Positions 35,568 to 41,991 of a stretch of DNA of 64,000 nucleotides are shown here, in pieces (position 1 is the stretch's first letter; each line of letters begins with the position of its first letter). The notes under the pieces are model-generated. The model had not been told where the DNA came from, made no database searches, and saw nothing but the letters and a program-made list of their open reading frames with translations. A program made the position numbers and the translations under genes. The stretch spans positions 11,100 through 75,099 of the forward strand of contig JBEPUG010000002.1 of assembly GCA_041691695.1 (NCBI GenBank), written 5' to 3'. This DNA is from Flavobacteriales bacterium (GTDB lineage: Bacteria; Bacteroidota; Bacteroidia; Flavobacteriales_F; PHOS-HE28).

Positions 35568-36625
35568 AGACCTTACTTCTCATCGAGGACGATGCCGATG
35601 TGCGCGACAACACCGCAGAGATCCTCGAACTCGCGCATTACCGCGTGCTGAAGACCGAGAACGGCAAGCAAGGTGTGGACGCGGCCCGGAAGGAAAAGCC
35701 GGACCTCATCCTCTGCGACATCATGATGCCTGAACTCGACGGCTACGGCGTGCTGCACATGCTGGGCCGTTCCCCGGATACCGCGGAGATCCCCTTCATC
35801 TTCCTCACCGCAAAAGCGGAGCGTATCGACGTGCGGCGCGGCATGGAGCTCGGTGCGGACGATTACCTCACCAAACCGTTCGAGGAAAGCGAACTGCTGA
35901 ACGCCATTGAAGGCCGACTCAAGCGCAGCGAACTCTTCCGCAAGGGCTTCGATCGCACCCTCGATGGATTGAACGATTTCATGGATCAGGCGCGCGGCGT
36001 CACCGCGCTCGACGACATCAGCAAGGACCGCAAGACGCGGACCGTGGAGCGCAAGGGCATCCTCTTTCATGAAGGCGATGAGATGCGCAACGTCCCCTTC
36101 ATCGTCTCTGGCAAGGTGCGCACCTTCAAGGTGAACAACGATGGCAAGGAGTTCGTCACGGGCCTGCATGTGCCGGGCGATTTCATCGGCTACCTCGGCA
36201 TGCTGGAAGGAGGCCATGCCATGGAGACCGCAGAGGCGCTGGAGGAATGTGAAGTGGCGCTGGTACCGCGCGAGGACCTGCTGCGTCTGCTTTACCGCGA
36301 TCGCGATGTATCGATGCGCTTCATCCGCATGCTCACCCACGATGTGAACGAACGGCAGGAGCGCCTGCTGCAATTGGCCTACGCCAGCGTGCGCCAACGG
36401 GTGGCACAAGCGCTGCTACAACTGCACGACCGCTTCAGCAAGGACACGTCGGAAAACCTCGGCGTGCGCATCAGCCGCGACGATCTCGCCGCCATCGTGG
36501 GCACCGCGACCGAATCACTCATCCGCTGCCTCACCGACCTGAAGGACGAGGGCTTGATCGAATCCCAAGGACGGGACATCAAGATCGCGGACAAGCGGGG
36601 TTTGGTGCGCTTGGCGAATATCTGA
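35564..36625 (+). CDS. Response regulator receiver fused to cNMP-binding (CAP effector) domain and Crp-type HTH
   Basis: 353 aa. REC (DLILCDIMMPELDG, K at LTKP), then a cNMP-binding-like beta-barrel, then HTH ISRDDLAAIVGTATESLIRCLTDL. ATGA overlap with the kinase. Confidence 0.85.
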   Translation: MKTLLLIEDDADVRDNTAEILELAHYRVLKTENGKQGVDAARKEKPDLILCDIMMPELDGYGVLHMLGRSPDTAEIPFIFLTAKAERIDVRRGMELGADDYLTKPFEESELLNAIEGRLKRSELFRKGFDRTLDGLNDFMDQARGVTALDDISKDRKTRTVERKGILFHEGDEMRNVPFIVSGKVRTFKVNNDGKEFVTGLHVPGDFIGYLGMLEGGHAMETAEALEECEVALVPREDLLRLLYRDRDVSMRFIRMLTHDVNERQERLLQLAYASVRQRVAQALLQLHDRFSKDTSENLGVRISRDDLAAIVGTATESLIRCLTDLKDEGLIESQGRDIKIADKRGLVRLANI

Positions 36626-36642
36626 TCACCCGGTTTACGGGC

Positions 36643-37086
36643 CTAACGGAAGTAATTCCCGTAGGTGCCCAAGTACGCGCGCAGCTCTGAAAGATCCGCA
36701 GCGCTGGGCTTTGCGCTCAGCTTGTCCAACATCCCATGTACGGGAGAGAGGTAGTTGTGCAACTGCTCGTGCGCCTGGCCGGTCATGGTGCACTTGGCGA
36801 AGATCCCGTTGAACTCGGCAACCAGCTCCGACTTTAGTAAGGTGTCAGCGCTGGTGGGATCGTAGCTCTTTACCAACGCCAACATACTGTTCACCCCGTC
36901 TGTGGTCTCGACGTTGGCAGCCCAAGGTTGGCCGTTGTTCAATTGCACTGCTCCAGCCTGGCCTTCGTGCTCATTGCCCATTTCGGCGGCACCGGGGACA
37001 TGGCCTTGATGGGTAGCGTCGGAAGTCCCGCACGCCGTGGCGAGCAGAGCGACGAAAAGAAAGGAGGTGATCGAGGAGGTCTTCAT
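36643..37086 (-). CDS. Putative lipoprotein, unknown function
   Basis: 147 aa with lipobox LLATAC and a His/Gly-rich linker followed by a helical region. Confidence 0.65.
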   Translation of the reverse strand: MKTSSITSFLFVALLATACGTSDATHQGHVPGAAEMGNEHEGQAGAVQLNNGQPWAANVETTDGVNSMLALVKSYDPTSADTLLKSELVAEFNGIFAKCTMTGQAHEQLHNYLSPVHGMLDKLSAKPSAADLSELRAYLGTYGNYFR

Positions 37087-37090
37087 GAGG

Positions 37091-37537
37091 TCAGAGGATA
37101 TGCTTGGTTTCTTCGCGAGTGATCAAAGGCCGGAGGTAGTATCGCGCGGCCCAATAGAGCAGCGCCGTAACGAAGATCCGGAAGGCCAATGCGCCGATGG
37201 TGCGCTGCTCGTATGCACCTCCGGTCTGGATGTGGATGAAGAAGCCGATGGCGGCGATCACCAACAAGACGATGGCAACGACAAGCAGGAACGGAGTCCA
37301 TGTTCTGCGCGTCAACAGGCCGTATGCCGCAAGGATGTAGAGGACCGATGCGAAGAGATTCATCCACAGCACCAGTGGAACGACGTGGCCCGCCTCTGCC
37401 GCCATACCATCGATGTTGAAGAGCACCGAACTGCTGGCCACCAAGGTCACAAAGCCGAACAAGGCCATCACACCTGCCGTCACCCACGATCCACGCGGTG
37501 TTGAGATCTGCTTTTCCATGGTCTGGCCTGAATTCAA
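37091..37537 (-). CDS. Four-TM membrane protein, unknown function
   Basis: 148 aa, four hydrophobic segments. 3-4 nt spacing to both neighbours (OsmC upstream, lipoprotein downstream). Confidence 0.65.
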   Translation of the reverse strand: MNSGQTMEKQISTPRGSWVTAGVMALFGFVTLVASSSVLFNIDGMAAEAGHVVPLVLWMNLFASVLYILAAYGLLTRRTWTPFLLVVAIVLLVIAAIGFFIHIQTGGAYEQRTIGALAFRIFVTALLYWAARYYLRPLITREETKHIL

Positions 37538-37540
37538 TGG

Positions 37541-37999
37541 CTATGCACCAGCGGCCACAGCCTCTTTGTTATTGAAGCGCTCCACGCCGTTGTAGGTCAC
37601 TTCCCAGGTCACCGGCATCGCCTTCTTCAGCATGGTGCTCACGCCGCAGAGTTGGTTCTGAGAGCGGTCCACAACACGCAGCGCTTCCTCCTCGTGCGAC
37701 AGATCGCCGTGCATCTCATTGATCACATGCACGCTGGTGTAGATGATCGGCGGGGTCTTGCTGATCTCGCCGGAAACACGGACCTCGAAGCGGTCGAGCG
37801 GCTTGCCGGCCTTGCGCAACAACGCCACCACATCCATGCCGGTGCAGCCCGCCAGCGCGGTGAGCATGAAGGGTTTTGGGATCGGGCCCTGGTCCTCTCC
37901 GCCGACACGCTCAGGACCGTCCATGATCACTGTGTGGCCGCCCACCAGTGCGTTGAACTGCATCTTGCCCATCCATACCGCGTCCACGTCGTGCGTCAT
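37541..37999 (-). CDS. OsmC family protein
   Basis: Track ORF 37541..38311 trimmed to ATG 37999 (MTHDVDAVWMGKMQF...LAGCTGMDV...LCGVSTML). Confidence 0.85.
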   Translation of the reverse strand: MTHDVDAVWMGKMQFNALVGGHTVIMDGPERVGGEDQGPIPKPFMLTALAGCTGMDVVALLRKAGKPLDRFEVRVSGEISKTPPIIYTSVHVINEMHGDLSHEEEALRVVDRSQNQLCGVSTMLKKAMPVTWEVTYNGVERFNNKEAVAAGA

Positions 38000-38188
38000 T
38001 GCTGTTGTGTTTTGCCTTCCGAATCTGCAGATGGCGTTGCACAAAGCTGCCTTTCTTCCAAGGACCGGAAGGTGAGCAAAGTCACCGAAGGGGGTGGGAA
38101 TTTCGATAATGCGGAACACGTGCAAATTCATGCCGCACATCCTATCAAAAGTCAGTTCACGCCCGATGCTATTGCGCAGCTTTCGGCC

Positions 38189-39532
38189 ATGAAAAGCAAG
38201 AACCACTACCGGTCCCGCCTGATGCAGGCGATCGGTCTGTCCGCCTTGATCGTGACGCTTGCGCCACAACAAGCCTCCGCCCAACTCACCTGGGGCGGCC
38301 AACTTCTGCAACGCGCCGAATTCCGCAACGGCTATGGAAAGCTGATCGACACGGCACAGTCACCGGCGGTCTTCGTCGGCCAGCGCGCGCGGATCGAAGC
38401 CACCTATTCCTTGGAGAAGGTCCGCTTCCATGTTAGTCTGCAGGACATACGCACCTGGGGCAGCACCCCACAAGCAAACGCCTCGGACGCGTTCCTTTCG
38501 GTACACGAGGCCTGGTCAGAGATCCAACTGGATTCCAACTGGACGCTGAAGCTCGGTCGCCAAGAACTCAACTATGACAACTCCCGATTCCTTGGAAACC
38601 TCGACTGGGTGCTGCAAGCGCGGTCGCATGACATGGCGTTGGCGAAGTACGAGCGGGGCAACTTCAAGCTGCACATCGGCGCGGCCTATAATGCCGCTGC
38701 GGAATCCTTGGTGGACCAGCCGTATGCCGTCCCCAACCAATACAAGGCGGCCCAGATGCTTTGGATGGAAGATCACTGGGGCAAGTTCCAGCTGAGCTTC
38801 CTGTTCTGGAACAATGGCCTGCAATACACCCACACGGACAGCATCGGCGAGGTGACCGCGCAGGGCGTGCGCTACAGCCAGACCATCGGCCTTCCTACGA
38901 TCCGCTATGAGAGCGGGAACTTCACGCTCTCCGGCTTCTACTACCAGCAACTCGGCGTGGATGTGGCCGACCGCACGATCCAAGCCTACGATGCCAGTGC
39001 ACAGGGTTCCTATCTCTTCGACCTGAACAAGGAGAAAGGCATTGCCCTGCGCACCACCTTGGGCGGCGAACTTCTCTCCGGCACCGCGCAGGATGCCACC
39101 GACAATGTGAACCGCTCCTACTCCCCCATGTTCGGGACCAACCACGTTTTCAACGGCTACATGGATAATTTCTTCGCCGGTGGCTGGCCTGCGCACGCAA
39201 CGGGCCTTCTGGACGTATTCCTGCGCGTGCGGTACGACTTCAACAAGCGGACCTTCGTTTCCATGGACATCCATGAATTCCAGACCGCGGCCAACGTGAT
39301 CAAGGACGGCCAAAAGATGGACGGGCAACTTGGCAACGAGATCGACCTGAGCTTCGGCCACATCGTGAACGACGTGCTTTCCGTGCAAGCAGGCTATTCC
39401 CAGATGTTCGCCACCACCACACTTGAAAAGGTGGAGGCCGTGCCCACCATGGCCAACGTGCAGAACTGGACCTACATCGCCATCCTCATCCGGCCCAAAA
39501 TGAAGAAGCGCTTCACCGGCTTGCAGTTCTGA
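38189..39532 (+). CDS. Alginate-export-family outer-membrane beta-barrel (porin)
   Basis: Track ORF 37652..39532 trimmed to ATG 38189 (MKSKNHYRSRLMQAIGLSALIVTLAPQQASAQ signal). RAEFRNGYGKL... and C-terminal ...FTGLQF fit a beta-barrel. Confidence 0.65.
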   Translation: MKSKNHYRSRLMQAIGLSALIVTLAPQQASAQLTWGGQLLQRAEFRNGYGKLIDTAQSPAVFVGQRARIEATYSLEKVRFHVSLQDIRTWGSTPQANASDAFLSVHEAWSEIQLDSNWTLKLGRQELNYDNSRFLGNLDWVLQARSHDMALAKYERGNFKLHIGAAYNAAAESLVDQPYAVPNQYKAAQMLWMEDHWGKFQLSFLFWNNGLQYTHTDSIGEVTAQGVRYSQTIGLPTIRYESGNFTLSGFYYQQLGVDVADRTIQAYDASAQGSYLFDLNKEKGIALRTTLGGELLSGTAQDATDNVNRSYSPMFGTNHVFNGYMDNFFAGGWPAHATGLLDVFLRVRYDFNKRTFVSMDIHEFQTAANVIKDGQKMDGQLGNEIDLSFGHIVNDVLSVQAGYSQMFATTTLEKVEAVPTMANVQNWTYIAILIRPKMKKRFTGLQF

Positions 39533-39571
39533 ACGGCAACTCCACACGGATACCCACCCGTGATCATTCAT

Positions 39572-39604
39572 CGCTAGGCCCAGCATCACACGCTGGGCCT
39601 AGCG
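39572..39604 (+). terminator. Perfect 13-bp stem hairpin downstream of the porin gene
   Basis: CGCTAGGCCCAGC atcacac GCTGGGCCTAGCG, 40 nt after the stop at 39532. Confidence 0.6.
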
Positions 39605-39642
39605 CTTTATGACCCTCATCACTTCGAGCGCTTTGGCTGAAT

Positions 39643-39801
39643 CCCGGCGCTCGGCTGTTTGCCGAGTGCCCAGTGCGTCGAACCGCCTCCGGCGGACACC
39701 CCCCATTCTCGGAGGTGTATGCAGTGTGAAGGGTGGATGTGTTTCCCCAACGGCGAGAGGCCGGCATGACCAAGGCACTCGGCAAACAGCCGAGCGCCGG
39801 G
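39643..39801. repeat. 159-bp element bounded by perfect 28-bp inverted repeats
   Basis: CCCGGCGCTCGGCTGTTTGCCGAGTGCC (39643-39670) versus GGCACTCGGCAAACAGCCGAGCGCCGGG (39774-39801), with 103 nt between them. Confidence 0.9.
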
Positions 39802-39822
39802 AAAAATCTACTGAGGATCTGA

Positions 39823-40269
39823 TCACCCCCGCTCCCACTCCGCCCAACTCGTGGCGGTTTCCTGAAGGCGCACCGCATGCAGCACGGCATCCGTGGGCAA
39901 CGCATTCTTCACGCGCTCCACGATATCCAGCAACACGTTCTCGCAACTGGGTTGCCATGGCGTGAAGAGCGTATGTCCGAACAGTTCGTGGCCGGAGGAT
40001 GCTTGGTCGCGGTCCTTCTCATGCAGCACCAGCGCATGGTCGTATCGCACGATCACGGCGGTGTTCACCAGTTTCTTCAGCTCCGCGAAATCGATCACCA
40101 TGCCGTCCTTCGGATGGCCGTTCTCCTTGCGCGGTGAACCGATCAGCGTGACATCCAACACGTAGGAATGCCCGTGGATGTGCGCGCAGAGGCCATCGTG
40201 GCAGCGCAGCGCGTGGGCCATCTCGAAGGTGAAGCGCTTGGTGACGCGGACAGAAGTACTGGAGTTCAT
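39823..40269 (-). CDS. queD: 6-carboxytetrahydropterin synthase
   Basis: Track ORF 39823..40581 trimmed to ATG 40269 (MNSSTSVRVTKRFTFEMAHAL...CAHIHGHSY). Confidence 0.9.
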   Translation of the reverse strand: MNSSTSVRVTKRFTFEMAHALRCHDGLCAHIHGHSYVLDVTLIGSPRKENGHPKDGMVIDFAELKKLVNTAVIVRYDHALVLHEKDRDQASSGHELFGHTLFTPWQPSCENVLLDIVERVKNALPTDAVLHAVRLQETATSWAEWERG

Positions 40270-40437
40270 TTCAGGGTCTCGAAGTGCGCGGTAAAGTGAC
40301 GCAGGAATTTCGGTTCCTTCACGATACGCATGCCCTTCACCCCTTCCCGCTCCTTCATGATGCACTCGAACGTTTCGGCCACGTACTGCCCCTAACATTC
40401 GGAGATCATGATCAACGACCACCGGTAATTTCGGGGC

Positions 40438-41175
40438 ATGTGTCTGATCGCTCTCGCCTACAAGGTCCATCCAAAGTTCCCGCTCATCGTAGCGGCCAAC
40501 CGGGATGAGTTCTTGGAGCGGCCAACGGAACCCGCCCACTTCTGGAAGGACGCCCCGGACATCCTTGCCGGCCGGGACCAACGCGCAGGCGGCACGTGGA
40601 TGGGCATCACGCGCACCGGCAGGTTCGCCGTGATCACCAACTACCGCGACATGCGAAGGAACTTTCCGGCGGGGCCATCACGCGGCTTGCTCGTGCGCGA
40701 GGCGCTGGAACTTGGGATCGACCCGAAAAGCACGAAGACGTATGCAGGCTTCAACCTGATCTACGGAAGCGTGAATGAACTCCGCTATCAAAACAACATC
40801 GAAGGCGTGGACGAGGCGCTACAACCCGGCATCCACGGGCTGAGCAACCACTTTCTCGATACGCCATGGCCCAAGGTGGTCAAGGCAAAACAGGAGTTGA
40901 AGAAACTGCTGGACCTGCAGGATGAGGAACCGTCAGAGGCGCTCTTCAACCTACTCGCCGACTATGCCATCGCGCCGGACGCGAGCCTTCCCGACACAGG
41001 TCTGCCTCTGGAGATGGAGCGTGTGGCCTCTTCGATCTTCATCCGCTCAGCGGGCTACGGCACACGGTGCAGCACCGTAATACTGGTGGACAAGGATGGG
41101 AGGGTCTACTTTGAAGAACGCACTTGGCCAAATGACGAGCGGGTGGTGGAACGATTTCAGACAGGATCAGATTGA
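40438..41175 (+). CDS. NRDE family protein
   Basis: 245 aa starting MCLIALAY...VAANRDEF. Confidence 0.85.
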   Translation: MCLIALAYKVHPKFPLIVAANRDEFLERPTEPAHFWKDAPDILAGRDQRAGGTWMGITRTGRFAVITNYRDMRRNFPAGPSRGLLVREALELGIDPKSTKTYAGFNLIYGSVNELRYQNNIEGVDEALQPGIHGLSNHFLDTPWPKVVKAKQELKKLLDLQDEEPSEALFNLLADYAIAPDASLPDTGLPLEMERVASSIFIRSAGYGTRCSTVILVDKDGRVYFEERTWPNDERVVERFQTGSD

Positions 41176-41194
41176 AAGGCCCGACGGAAAAGCT

Positions 41195-41408
41195 GAGGAC
41201 AGGATTGCAGGATTGACAGGATTGAGGAGCAGCGCTGAAGCGTTGCTCCGCGCTGGCGCCCGCATGGCGAAGGACTCCCCAAGAACCATGCAGATCTTGT
41301 CCTCTCTGAATCCTGTAAATCCTGAGATCCTGTCAAAAAACAAGTCCAGTAAAAACAGGATCCTTCAGGATCAGTGAATCCTGTAGACACTGTGATCCTG
41401 TCAAAAAG
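41195..41408. repeat. CAGGATT / AATCCTG heptamer arrays in mirror arrangement
   Basis: CAGGATT at 41200, 41208 and 41217. AATCCTG/GATCCTG at 41309, 41318 and 41327. Further copies in both orientations to 41400. Confidence 0.85.
41226..41249 (+). terminator. 10-bp stem / tetraloop hairpin downstream of the NRDE gene
   Basis: GGAGCAGCGC tgaa GCGTTGCTCC (one G-T pair). Nested inside the CAGGATT/AATCCTG arrays. Confidence 0.45.
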
Positions 41409-41427
41409 AACTTCCTGTCATTCCCCC

Positions 41428-41802
41428 CTACCGACGGAACTTTCTGTGCTTGCGCTTGAACTCGAGGCTCTCCGCACCGAAGTTCAGCAGCAGCCCAACG
41501 TCGATGCCTGTCGCTGTCAGGTAATTCACCAATTGTACCTCGTGCTTGGGATTAATTGCCAGTGCAGCTTTGTTCTCGATAAGGACGAGATCGTTCACCA
41601 ACATGTCAACGATAAAGTCTCCGACGATCACATCATCATAGCGCACAGTAATGCGTCGTTCACAATCAACCCGGAAGCCATGCTTGCGCAACTCATGCGT
41701 CAATGCATTTTGGTAAACGGACTCCAAGAAGCCAGGGCCCAGCGCAGTGTGCACCTTCATGGCACAGCCTATGATCGCCTTGGTCAGCTCTTGGTGCTCC
41801 AT
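41428..41802 (-). CDS. GxxExxY protein (PD-(D/E)XK nuclease-like fold)
   Basis: 124 aa containing GPGFLESVYQNAL (G-x-x-E-x-x-Y) and DFIVDMLVNDLVLIENK (D...E.K). Confidence 0.85.
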   Translation of the reverse strand: MEHQELTKAIIGCAMKVHTALGPGFLESVYQNALTHELRKHGFRVDCERRITVRYDDVIVGDFIVDMLVNDLVLIENKAALAINPKHEVQLVNYLTATGIDVGLLLNFGAESLEFKRKHRKFRR

Positions 41803-41834
41803 CTGTTGGAAACCAAGGTAGCCTATCCATCACT

Positions 41835-41936
41835 TCAATCCTGTTGACCCTGTAATCCTGTCCAGAGTAGTTCCAGCTCAAAACCCAGGATCCATAAGGA
41901 TCCAATCCTGTCAATCCTGCGATCCTGTCAAAAAAT
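41835..41936. repeat. Second block of AATCCTG / CAGGATC words upstream of the GxxExxY gene
   Basis: AATCCTGT at 41837, 41854, 41904 and 41913. (C/A)AGGATCC at 41886 and 41897. GATCCTGTCAAAAA at 41921. Confidence 0.8.
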
Positions 41937-41991
41937 ATTTCCAGCATCAGGGTCCCCTGCGGGAGACCGCTGATGGAGCAGATCATGTCCC

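Noticed and set aside
39671-39700. GTCGAACC looked like the complement of a tRNA T-loop.
   Set aside because: The flanking bases cannot form T, anticodon or acceptor stems on either strand. I recognised no tRNA anywhere in the window.
41195-41936. Considered whether the word arrays here (and at 3181-3350) are CRISPR arrays.
   Set aside because: The repeat units are only 7-10 nt, are contiguous or 1-3 nt apart with no spacers, occur in both orientations, and no cas genes are present.
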